Origin: a virus
Strand: one strand, 5' to 3'
DNA length: 64,000 nt
Virus record (IMG/VR): IMGVR_UViG_3300009506_000001
Span: 64,001 to 128,000 of that record
Within the stretch, counting starts at the first letter, position 1. Each line of letters begins with the position of its first letter. Made by a program: the position numbers and the translations under genes. The notes under the pieces were generated by a model. It did no database searches and was not told the DNA's origin. It saw only the letters and a list, made by a program, of their open reading frames with translations. Shown piece by piece: positions 1 through 10,500 of the stretch.

Positions 1-336
1 ACATCAGTGCAAAATAGAGAATCTCGTTACACACAGGGTGGAGAGACCGAGACCTATGAAAAGCGGTTGGGGTGGTGGGAGCGTGACATTGACACATTCC
101 AACCAGATGTTTCCGACATAATTGTGACCATAGCTCCTCAATATGACCGGCGACCAGATAAGATGGCATTTGACTTCTATGGTCGTTCTGGCCTGATGTG
201 GTTGGTCCTTCAGTATAATAGCATTGTAGACATCAATGAAGAGTTCATTGCAGGCAAGAAAATTCGGTTGCCTGAGCCTTCTCGTGCATCTCTCACCCTC
301 CTAAATAAGAGAACGGGTGGAGTTCCAGCCGAGTAA
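1..336 (+). CDS. Baseplate wedge protein, T4 gp53-like (may be 5'-truncated by the window edge)
   Basis: RPDKMAFDFYGRSGLMWLVLQYN motif typical of gp53/LysM-like wedge proteins; frame is open from base 1; first gene of the baseplate cluster. Confidence 0.7.
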   Translation, partial: TSVQNRESRYTQGGETETYEKRLGWWERDIDTFQPDVSDIIVTIAPQYDRRPDKMAFDFYGRSGLMWLVLQYNSIVDINEEFIAGKKIRLPEPSRASLTLLNKRTGGVPAE

Positions 337-346
337 GGAAAAATGA

Positions 347-2464
347 ATGTCAACGCCTACTAACCCTTTATCCAAATATCGCTCCTATGCCTACCAGCAA
401 ATTTTAATTGCTTGCGATACTACTGAGACCGCTGAGAAATTGGCAGCGAACAATCAGTTTCTGGAATTTCTTCGGGTTAAGGATGCCGAACGTCTTAACA
501 CCCCTCAGTTCCCCTACGCCAAATACAAGCCATATGACATTGCCCTAGATAAAGGACGAACCGGAAAGTATTGCATTATCATTAATGGTATGCAGGATGC
601 AGAGTTTGTTATCAACAGCGTTCAGTGGTATAGCACTGTTGTTGCTGATGCAGGTGGTATAGGTAATGAATACTCCACACTAGATGTGGCAGGTGAAATG
701 GAAATTCAGGAACCACAGGGCGTTCGTTTTATGAACGTGCTCGCTGAAATTGCAGACCAGCTTGACAGCAATGCAAGCGGATTGGTCTTTATGCTGAAGA
801 CTGTATTTGTTGGACACTCTACTCCAAATTATCAAGATGATGGCTTTCCGGATCCAATCACTAACGTCCGTCCAATACTTTTTTGGATGTCAGATATTAC
901 TGGTTCGTTTGCTGTAACAGGCGGATCGTACAAGATAGAGTTTGCTGCGATCAATCATGGTGTCTCTAAGCAAAAACACATTCTACATGGAGCGGACCGT
1001 ATCACAATCGACACTGCAAAGGGCAGTGATGGGTGTGAAGCGAATACGTTATCAGGAGCACTGTGTCAGCTTCAGTCTAAAATCAAAGTCATTTACGACA
1101 AATATTATCAGCAAGTTAAGTCGGACGTAGAAAATACAGTTGGTCCAGACGGCAAAAAGTTAATGTTTGAAGGGCGGCAAGTTGAGTATGTAATCGAAGC
1201 GGAAGAACCATTAGATGGCCCAGATTACTTGGTGACTGATTTTAAAGACTCTGCTACTAACACAGCTGAATCAAACAAAGGTGGCATAATTGTTCTGTCT
1301 GGTGAGCCAACGGTTGAGGCTGCTATCCTAGCTATTGCAAAGCGTTGTCCAAAACTCCAAGAGGACTTGGTGGTTGGTGATGGACAAAATACAAAGAGAG
1401 TGAAGTACGTTCCAAAAGTAGCAACAACCATTGAATCAACGGATACAAGCTATAAGATCATTTACAAGCTACGTCGTGTTATTGAATCTCGAAATGATAT
1501 CCTTACCGTTCTAGCAAAACGCAAGACAGATGATCTATCGGACCTGGATAGAAAAATTTTGCAGAATACTCTGGTCCTAGATTACATGTACACTGGTAAG
1601 AATATTGATATCCTGGATTTTGATATCAAGATGGAGATGGGTTTAACTTTGTTCCAGAACATGACAACATCGGAGAACCTACCCTCTACGGGTGAAACTA
1701 CCGATGGTGGTGTAATTGATTCCTCATTAGCAGTTGCAAAACCAATTGACGTTACGGCAACAAAGTCGGGTCGTATACGAAAGAAGACACCAATTTTCCT
1801 TAGCACACGAGCAAAAGAACTTGCTATCAAACATACAAGAAATCCAAAGCGAGCTTTGGACTTTCAGGAAGCATTGAATCGTCATGCCGCAATTGAAAAC
1901 ATTGAGTCTGTTGTAAAGATTCATGGAAATCCTGGCCTGCTAAATTCAGTTAATAGAATGCCTTCTGATATCACGAGTATCAAAAAGGATACTGATACAA
2001 AAGCAACTGTGGATAAAAACCTGCAAACGTCAGATGGAGTGCCACAGGATCAAGATGTTTTTCCATACTGGGAAACAATTCCTGCTATTGTAAAGATCAA
2101 TATCAAGATGCCATCGACATATTTCAGTGGAGCTCAGAATTCAGGTGACTACAGCGAGCCATTTTGGTACGAAGGTTATTATTATTGCTATGCAATAGAA
2201 CAGATGTTTGACAATGGTGAGTTTGTGCAGAAGTTGCATATGGTTAGTATCCCAAAAAGTTCAGCAGAAGAGAACCAACAAACCGACAAGTCGAAGACAG
2301 AACAGACAACTCAAACACAAACAGAAAACCAGGTAACGAAGACGTCGGGTTCTGGTACAAGTGCTGGTACATCTGGACAGGCGGCACCACTTGTGATTGT
2401 CATAGATAAAGATGCATCTTACTATACTTCAAAAGAATACCAAGAGGCTAATACCGATCAATGA
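347..2464 (+). CDS. Putative baseplate hub protein (gp27/late-control-D-like)
   Basis: 705 aa, lies between gp53-like and gp5-like genes; C-terminal KIHGNP...YEGYYYCYAIEQMFDNGEFVQKL resembles hub proteins. Confidence 0.55.
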   Translation: MSTPTNPLSKYRSYAYQQILIACDTTETAEKLAANNQFLEFLRVKDAERLNTPQFPYAKYKPYDIALDKGRTGKYCIIINGMQDAEFVINSVQWYSTVVADAGGIGNEYSTLDVAGEMEIQEPQGVRFMNVLAEIADQLDSNASGLVFMLKTVFVGHSTPNYQDDGFPDPITNVRPILFWMSDITGSFAVTGGSYKIEFAAINHGVSKQKHILHGADRITIDTAKGSDGCEANTLSGALCQLQSKIKVIYDKYYQQVKSDVENTVGPDGKKLMFEGRQVEYVIEAEEPLDGPDYLVTDFKDSATNTAESNKGGIIVLSGEPTVEAAILAIAKRCPKLQEDLVVGDGQNTKRVKYVPKVATTIESTDTSYKIIYKLRRVIESRNDILTVLAKRKTDDLSDLDRKILQNTLVLDYMYTGKNIDILDFDIKMEMGLTLFQNMTTSENLPSTGETTDGGVIDSSLAVAKPIDVTATKSGRIRKKTPIFLSTRAKELAIKHTRNPKRALDFQEALNRHAAIENIESVVKIHGNPGLLNSVNRMPSDITSIKKDTDTKATVDKNLQTSDGVPQDQDVFPYWETIPAIVKINIKMPSTYFSGAQNSGDYSEPFWYEGYYYCYAIEQMFDNGEFVQKLHMVSIPKSSAEENQQTDKSKTEQTTQTQTENQVTKTSGSGTSAGTSGQAAPLVIVIDKDASYYTSKEYQEANTDQ

Positions 2465-3915
2465 ACGCTGAAGAATTTCCACTCATAACCGTTGGCACTG
2501 TTGTCGATACAAATGATCCACAACAGAATGGCCGCCTACGTGTCAATTGTCCTAGATGGGGTGATACCCCTGACACGAAAGTTACGGATATGGCGTGGGC
2601 CGCATATGTTTCACCGTTTGGTGGTATTCTAACACGTGGTTATCGGGGACCTGAGAATGTAACAACAGGTGGTCCAGTTGCTTATGGTATGTGGGCTATT
2701 CCAAAAGTTGGCTCCCTTGTTCTTTGTATGCTAGTAGATGGCGATCCAAACCACCGTGTGTGGATTGGATGCTTGCAAGCGGATCACATGATGCATACGC
2801 TTCCAATGGGACGATATCTGGATGGTGGTGAAACGGGCCCTGTATCTTCCACAGAGCAGCCAATAGAACCCCTTGCATCTAATATGGATGAGGCATTTGG
2901 AACTGCATCGGGAAATTACGAGCGTTTAACACGAGGTACAGAAGGACAGGCTGCATCTATTAGTAATACGATAATTGATAAAGTTGTCAGTGCAAAGGCT
3001 GATTATCGTCAGAGTATTTTTGATCGTACGGGTTACCAGCACACTCGCATTCGCCCTGATATTGGATTTGCAGAAACAGAAGGTGGGAACTTTGATCCAC
3101 AGACGTATAGTTTGACAACACCAGGGCTGCACTCGTTCGTTATGGATGATAGTTTGAAGAATGGAAAGATTCGTATTCGCTCAACATCTGGCAACCAAGT
3201 CATTCTGGATGATACAAATGAACGTATCTACATCAGTACAGCAGAGGGTAAAAGCTGGGTTGAGCTAGATCAGGCTGGCAACATTGATGTCTATTCTGAT
3301 CGACGCATTTCGATGCATGCCTTGAAAGGATTCAACTTCACAACAGAGGGTGAGTTTAGAGTATCAGCGGGCTCAATTCACCTTCGAACACAAACAGGAA
3401 CTCGCATCGAGGCTGATACAACAATCGATATTCGCTCAGGAACAACATTGAATGCAAATGTGGGTTCAACAATGAGCCTGAGTGTTGCCTCTAACCTTGA
3501 TATTCAGACTGGAGGGTATTTCAATACCACATCAGGTGGTGCATATAATGTGACGTCTGGTTTGACATTGAGACTAACCTCAAGTGGTGTAATGGATTTC
3601 CAAGCAGGCGGCAATCTGAACCAAGATGCACCAGAAATTCATTTGAATGACGGATTATCATCTGCAGCAACCGGAGCAAGCACGACTGCAGCCACCCATG
3701 CATATACAACAAGCCGTGTGCCAATTCATGAACCTTGGGGTCGAATTTCAAATAATTCGGCACTAACGGATCAAGACGTATCCACGAATGCAATTGCATC
3801 TGTGTTGAATATGACAAACACTTCAGGCACACTGGAGCTTTCATACACAAGTGCAGATGCAAACAAAGTAGATTTGGGTGATAATTTGGGTCGAAATGAC
3901 AATTGGCGACGTTAA
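2461..3915 (+). CDS. Baseplate central spike, gp5/VgrG-like (no lysozyme domain evident)
   Basis: N-terminal OB-fold motif GTVVDTNDPQQNGRLRV, then PKVGSLV, and C-terminal beta-helix-like repeats. Confidence 0.8.
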   Translation: MNAEEFPLITVGTVVDTNDPQQNGRLRVNCPRWGDTPDTKVTDMAWAAYVSPFGGILTRGYRGPENVTTGGPVAYGMWAIPKVGSLVLCMLVDGDPNHRVWIGCLQADHMMHTLPMGRYLDGGETGPVSSTEQPIEPLASNMDEAFGTASGNYERLTRGTEGQAASISNTIIDKVVSAKADYRQSIFDRTGYQHTRIRPDIGFAETEGGNFDPQTYSLTTPGLHSFVMDDSLKNGKIRIRSTSGNQVILDDTNERIYISTAEGKSWVELDQAGNIDVYSDRRISMHALKGFNFTTEGEFRVSAGSIHLRTQTGTRIEADTTIDIRSGTTLNANVGSTMSLSVASNLDIQTGGYFNTTSGGAYNVTSGLTLRLTSSGVMDFQAGGNLNQDAPEIHLNDGLSSAATGASTTAATHAYTTSRVPIHEPWGRISNNSALTDQDVSTNAIASVLNMTNTSGTLELSYTSADANKVDLGDNLGRNDNWRR

Positions 3916-3945
3916 ATAAATACGTAACAACCTAGGGAAACTTAC

Positions 3946-4317
3946 ATGGCACTCTACAAAGGCTACAGCACATTTGAGTATGAACGCAATAAGTCGCTCA
4001 AAATCACTGACCTCGAACTGGTAAAGTTGGATATCCTGAACCAAATCTTTACCCGTAAAGGCGAGCGTGTTATGATGCCTAATTTTGGGTCAATAGTCCC
4101 TGATATTGTTTTTGAGCCGTTAGACGACGTAACTCTTGCAATTCTGGAAGAAGATTTGAATGCGGTGGTAAATTTTGATCCTCGTGTCGATCTGTTAGAA
4201 TTCAGTTTGCAGCCTGATTATGACAATAGTTTGGTCACGGTTCACATGAAATTACTTTTTGTCGAGTTCGATCTTGTAGACGATGTCGACCTGAATATAC
4301 TCTTTGAGGGTTCATAA
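3946..4317 (+). CDS. Baseplate wedge gp25-like protein
   Basis: TRKGERVMMPNFGS...FEP...DPRV signature of the gp25 family. Confidence 0.9.
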   Translation: MALYKGYSTFEYERNKSLKITDLELVKLDILNQIFTRKGERVMMPNFGSIVPDIVFEPLDDVTLAILEEDLNAVVNFDPRVDLLEFSLQPDYDNSLVTVHMKLLFVEFDLVDDVDLNILFEGS

Positions 4318-7300
4318 TGAGCAGAATTATAAGCAGAGCAGAAGCCTGGGAACGTGCGTATGATGTGTTTCAGGAAGTAAACTTCAACGCATTTGACTAC
4401 AACTCAATCAAACAGTCGCTGATTGACTACATGAAGTTGTACTTCCCTGAGGACTTCAACGATTTCATCGAATCCAGTGAATTTGTTGCAATCATGGAAC
4501 TGTTTGCTTATGTTGGGGAACTGTTGTCCTATCGTCTTGACTTAAATGCTCACGAGAACTTCATCACACAGGCACAACGTAAAGAATCTGTTCTACGCCT
4601 AGCCAAACTGATTTCTTATACAGCAGCCCGTAACATTCCAGCTCGTGGTCTCACGAAGATGACATCCATCCAGACCACAGAGGCTGTCTATGATTCGAAT
4701 AGTGTTAATCTAGCTAACACAAAGATCAATTGGAACGACACAAATAATTCCAACTGGAAAGAGCAGTTTGTTCTTATTTTGAACCGTGTGTTGCGTCAGA
4801 GCTTTGGTTCTGTATCTCCAACTGAGCGTGTTCAGGTTGACGATGTCATTTTTGAACTTTACCAGCTTAATAATAACCCAATCACCAATGGCGTCTTCCC
4901 TTATACAGCAAATGTGTCAGGTAAGTCATACCCAATGGAGTTGGTGCCATCTTCCTTGGACTCCAATGGTCCATTAGAACGTCGTCCAGATAATACATCG
5001 GCATTTAGTATCCTTTATGGCTCTGATGGTCTTGGTGATGGTTCCGATACAACTGGTTTCTTCTTCTTTACAAAGCAGGGCTCACTTGCAAATCTCACCA
5101 CAACATTTGATGGTGTAACACCAAACCAGACCTTCGATATTACGGTCAACAACATCAACGACGCTGACGTTTGGTTTAACAACATCGACCCAGACACAGG
5201 TGAGACGATCGATGATGGCACGGTTGCAGATGGTGTTTCAGGTGAGTGGCAGGAAGTTGATCTTGCAAATGCTCAGAACATTATCTTCAACACAAACAGC
5301 CGTCGTCAGAAGTATGAGATCGAAACTCTAGCCAATGACCAGATTCGTTTAGTCTTTGGTGATGGTGAGTTCTCGGATATTCCTTCTGGTACGTTTCAGG
5401 CTTGGTACCGTACCTCTGCAAATGAAGACCTAGTTATTCCACAAAATACCGTTGTCAACAAAACATCAAGTTTCACATATGTTGACATTAGTGGTAACGT
5501 CCAGACGCTCACATTTACGTTCTCTCTGATCAACTCTCTGCAGAACGCTTCTCCATCGGAAGACATTGATCACATTCGTCGTGTGGCACCATCTGTTTAC
5601 TATACACAGGATCGTATGGTCAATGCTCGTGACTATAACGTCTTTATGCTCCAAGATCCTTCGATTTTAAAACTCCGAGCAGTCAATAGAACATTTGCAG
5701 GTGACTCGGCATATCTTGCATGGCACGACCCAACTACCACATACGAAAGTGCAAAACTAATTGGTGTGGATGGTGCATTGTATGTGGATCAACGAACGAA
5801 CACGGTTCAAACTGCAACGACAGATTTAACGGAGTTGGTTGATTCATACATCCAACCAATCCTTTCTACTACAGATTTCTTTACCATACTTGAGTCACAC
5901 AACCCTGCTGTGCCACTCAGAAAGACGTTCACACCTACACAGCGTACCAATCTAATTGATACGTTACAGGACATTGTTGATGGTATTCAGTTCTCACCTC
6001 TATATATTTACGTTGATGGTACAACCTTTGATTGGGAATTTGTATCAGGGGGTGGTTCAGTATCAGTGTCCCCACCAGGCCTAACGGATCCACTTATGGA
6101 CTTCGATACGCCAATCATCGAAGTTGTATATGATCCAGGTGCATCAAATGGTTTGATCTGGACAGTTAACTACCAAGGTGAGAGATATATTATCCAAAGT
6201 AATGGTACTCGCTTCTGGAACGTGAACCAGGGTAGCGTTATCGATTATGACACACTTAACACCGTTTCAGATACAATTACCTTGCTTCGGGCCAACTTGG
6301 ATGACACGTGGCAGGGTATACTAACACAGGATTGGGCATTCGACGTTGTTGGCCAAGAACTCAATGTTGACCAGACAACAGACATCAACCGTCTGAATGT
6401 TCTTCCTGTGGACGTAAATGGGGATAATATTCCTGACAACATGAGTTTGGACTATTTGTTCGATGGTGACTTGACACTCACGGTGTCCGCTGGTCAGGTC
6501 CAGTTACCGTTTACAGTTCTCTATAATGACTTTGTTGGAACGGGTTCACCAACAAGTGCGTTGCTTAGTGTATTGGGCGACGTGAGTGGCCCAATGCAGA
6601 TCGGTGTGGACTTTACGTTGCTTGAGCCAGATGGCACGACTGCAATTAGTGGTGAGTCGGGTAGTATCCTTTCTGTTCCAGCAGATGCAACAATCGTGCT
6701 TTCGAACAAAGACTTTGTTTACTTCACTCGAGCCGATTCAAGTAGCGACTGGGAACTTGCTGCCCCTGCTTCAACCACAGTGATCAACGGTTGGTACACG
6801 GAAACTGCAACAGCAGGAACCTATCCGGACAACTGGGACAACACAAGTGCCGTGTATCGTCGCCTTCGTGGTCGTACAGATTACAATTTCTCGTGGTTCC
6901 ATAGTGCAGAACGCTTCTCACTTATTGACCCTTCACAGTCAAACATCATTGACATGTTTGTCATTCCACGTGGATACTATACGGAGTTGACAGAATGGTT
7001 AAGTGGTGAAACGTCAGTTGAACCTGACGCACCAACTCCACTTGATCTACGTACAACGTATGGATATCTTCTTGATAGTAAGATGATTTCTGATACGGTT
7101 GTGTTACATCCCGGCCAGTTCAAAATTTTGTTTGGGTCTAAGGCTCCTTCAGGTCTCCGAGCAACGTTCAAGGTCATTCGTTCGTCAACAGCAAAACTCA
7201 CAGACAATGAAGTTAAGACCCGAATTGTTGGTGTGGTTGAAGAGTTCTTTGATATTAACTTGTGGGAATTTGGGGAGACTTTCTATTTCACAGAGTTGGC

Positions 7301-7493
7301 CGCAGCTGTTCACGACAATCTAAAGTCTGAGATTGATTCCATCGTCATAGTGCCTCTTTCTGCAGGAAACCAGTTTGGTGACATGTTTGAGGTGGTTGCT
7401 CGTGAAGACGAAATTCTGCAAGCTGACATTGGGGTCGAGGATATCGAAGTCGTCACGTCCTATACGTCACAAAATCTTCGTCAAGATATTTAA
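4317..7493 (+). CDS. Baseplate wedge gp6-like protein
   Basis: FDYNSIKQSLIDY...FNDFIESSEF, LVFGDG, EDIDHIRRVAP...QDRMVNARDY motifs; follows gp25. Confidence 0.85.
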   Translation: MSRIISRAEAWERAYDVFQEVNFNAFDYNSIKQSLIDYMKLYFPEDFNDFIESSEFVAIMELFAYVGELLSYRLDLNAHENFITQAQRKESVLRLAKLISYTAARNIPARGLTKMTSIQTTEAVYDSNSVNLANTKINWNDTNNSNWKEQFVLILNRVLRQSFGSVSPTERVQVDDVIFELYQLNNNPITNGVFPYTANVSGKSYPMELVPSSLDSNGPLERRPDNTSAFSILYGSDGLGDGSDTTGFFFFTKQGSLANLTTTFDGVTPNQTFDITVNNINDADVWFNNIDPDTGETIDDGTVADGVSGEWQEVDLANAQNIIFNTNSRRQKYEIETLANDQIRLVFGDGEFSDIPSGTFQAWYRTSANEDLVIPQNTVVNKTSSFTYVDISGNVQTLTFTFSLINSLQNASPSEDIDHIRRVAPSVYYTQDRMVNARDYNVFMLQDPSILKLRAVNRTFAGDSAYLAWHDPTTTYESAKLIGVDGALYVDQRTNTVQTATTDLTELVDSYIQPILSTTDFFTILESHNPAVPLRKTFTPTQRTNLIDTLQDIVDGIQFSPLYIYVDGTTFDWEFVSGGGSVSVSPPGLTDPLMDFDTPIIEVVYDPGASNGLIWTVNYQGERYIIQSNGTRFWNVNQGSVIDYDTLNTVSDTITLLRANLDDTWQGILTQDWAFDVVGQELNVDQTTDINRLNVLPVDVNGDNIPDNMSLDYLFDGDLTLTVSAGQVQLPFTVLYNDFVGTGSPTSALLSVLGDVSGPMQIGVDFTLLEPDGTTAISGESGSILSVPADATIVLSNKDFVYFTRADSSSDWELAAPASTTVINGWYTETATAGTYPDNWDNTSAVYRRLRGRTDYNFSWFHSAERFSLIDPSQSNIIDMFVIPRGYYTELTEWLSGETSVEPDAPTPLDLRTTYGYLLDSKMISDTVVLHPGQFKILFGSKAPSGLRATFKVIRSSTAKLTDNEVKTRIVGVVEEFFDINLWEFGETFYFTELAAAVHDNLKSEIDSIVIVPLSAGNQFGDMFEVVAREDEILQADIGVEDIEVVTSYTSQNLRQDI

Positions 7494-7557
7494 ACCACGA
7501 TTTTAACTGTTGGTTCCTTCTAATAAATACTTGGAACATCGTGGAGTATAAGAAACT

Positions 7558-10500
7558 GTGACCGACAATTCAGATTACACAAAGCCTAGAACCAATCTCT
7601 ATGACCTATTACCAGAAGTTTATAAATCTGGTGTCAATCGTAGTGTTCTAGAGGCATCCATTAACCGTTTCCTAACAAAGAGTCAGACAGACCGAGTTAT
7701 AGGATATATTGGGCAGGGTAATCCAAACGCTGCAATCAATCGTCAGATTGCGGAGCCAACTCCACAGCGTCAAGCATATCAGTTGCAACCAATGATCTAC
7801 AGCAAGATTGGCACTGTAGAACATATGGCATCCTTTAAAGACATTGAGAACGAATTAACACGCCTTGGTGTGGATCCGCTGCTAATGCAGGAGTGGGGTG
7901 ATGCACTTGCATTTAACTGGGCTCCCCCAATTGACTTTGATAAGCTAATCAACTACCGAAATTACTATTGGTACAATGAAGAAGACCCAACGGAAGATCC
8001 ACAGTACCTAACAATTCGTAGTGACTGTGTTCGTGCACAGGCAGCACTTGATGAATATAATCTTCTTCTTGATACAATTGGTGCTTTGCATGCAATAGTT
8101 GGTCTGGATGCAATGAATCACACTATCAGTATTGCAACAGACTTAACAGGTACATTTACGGAAGGTTTTATCTTCTATGTAAAGAATTCAACCAACAGCA
8201 CCATCAATGCTGAATTCTATACGGTTGTATCATCTGCGTACAATGCTGGTTCAGACGCAACAGTCATAACAGTTAATGTGAGTGGTTCACCTGTATTTGA
8301 TGATTCAATCATTGATGGTGATGTTTCGCTTGAAGAAGGTGTGAACATTTATGAAGCTGCACGGGACTGCTTCTGTGCTGGGGAAGTTGGTTGGTCTGGT
8401 GGGCTTTGGGATGATAACCAAGTTGGTACAGTGATATGGAATACACAGCTTATTCTAAGTATCAGCTATCCTAATGAGGCAGCTTGGTTGGCTGCTCACT
8501 GCCCGGGTTCACCAACGTGTCCAGAAGAAACAAATCTATGGTATGATACGAGTACAGATGAATTGAAGCAGTACAACGGCAGTGCATGGGTTGTTGTTCA
8601 GCGTAACTTTGGCAGTATCCTTGCAGTAACTACAGGTGGTAACACTTGGGATTACTCTAAGCAGTGTCACTTTGCATCCAATGATTGGATTACACAGAAC
8701 AAGTGGCTTCACCAAAACCAGGTACCTAACTTTTCAATTGCAAAGCAAGCTCAGATTCCTATTATTGAGTTTATTTCAACCATTGAGCTAAATGCGTGGA
8801 CAAAGATCACCTATATCTGGCAGTATCGTCCAGCATCAACGGAGCCTTGGGAAAGTGCGGCGGTTGCTCGTCCAAATCTTTTTGAGCTAATTGGTGTTGA
8901 TACTTATACGATTGATGTGGGTCTTCAAGAGATAGTGTTCGATGCTCGTTATGGTGATTTAACACCATTCCTTGAAGCTGGCACAGAAATTATTCTTGAT
9001 GGTACTACCGATAATGATGGCACATACACAATTGATTACTCGTTCTTCTGTGAAGAGGTAGCAGGACAAAAATATCAGACTCGAATTCGTTTAGTTGAAA
9101 CATTAACATCGACAACCGCTGATGGTATTATTACACCAGCATACACTTCACGTGGTGATGCATATGAAGGTGTGCATGTTCATTGGTCTTTTGTACAAGA
9201 GGACGAAGCCTTCCCAACCGTGTATATTCCGTTGAACCCAATGTTAGAACTTCCAACCAATCCTCCACTGCCAGCAGTAGCGGATACGTATTGGCAGTAT
9301 ACGCTAGGCTTATTTGCAGAGGAAATTCTTGCCACGACGAAGAGCCTTGGTACTCTAACTATTATAGGAGCCTCTTCGGGTTCCCCAACATATTGGGAGA
9401 TTGCAGGAGACCATACAGCAGCATTTTCCGATCCAAACCTAATCGGTGTTGGTGGAACTATAACTGTTAGTGGAAACCTGGGTGGTGGTAATACTGATTA
9501 CACTATAACAAGTGTATCGCTGGTTGGTGGAAATACTCGCATTGGTGTTGCAGGTTCGATTCCAGCAGCCGCAGTTGCAGCTACAACAAAGGGTGAGCTT
9601 TTTGCTCATTGGACATTCACTTTTGATTCATCGCTACGAGATGAAACATTAGAAGGTACAAACGACCTCCGTGTTTATATTGAGGATACTCGTCAGTATG
9701 GTAACTATGATGAGATCGCTGTTACAGGTTCGCCAACCCCCGATTGTTCATATGTGGGTGGAATCCTTATCCGTGCACCTCTAGAACAGTATCAGATGCT
9801 GCGTGTAGAGGTAGGTGCAGCCGCATGTTGTGATATTGGTTACAATTGGGTTGGTGTACGTACAAATACCGATGATGGTTCCTTTAACCCAGCCACCGAT
9901 CTTGAATGTGTCAGCTTGGTTCAGTTTAAGAAACTGGAACAGGTCAAGTCCGAAACAAACCAATATCCATTGTTTGACTTGTTTGATGTAGAAGGAAATC
10001 CTCTTAATGTTGCATCACGTATTTTTGCATTCCAAGAGTCGCAGTCCTATCCAGTCAATACACTTGTCAATAAGCGTATTGTTACAAGTAGTGATGGTCG
10101 AGATTATTACTTCGAGCAGTACCTAACACCAGAAGATAATGGTGTACTTTATGCCTACCGTGAAGCATCTAACTCTTTCTGGTATGACTCTGATAATGAA
10201 ATTTTGTATCAGTGGAAGAATGGTACTTGGAATCCAAAGATTGTTACAACAGATTTTAGTACTAGTTCTACAACTGCATGTTATGTTGCACCGGTTGTAA
10301 GTAATATGGTGCCAGGCTCACCATACATTGATGTTGATGGTATGCTTTGGTTTAATACTAACAACAATTCTGTATACGTTAGCGATGGTTCCAGTTGGAC
10401 ACTAAATTCACTGATAACTGCGGATGTTGTTATTAGTGATGCTGATCCAGGGCTAAACTCTATTTGGAGAACAGGACCAACAGATACAAGCTGTGCAGAT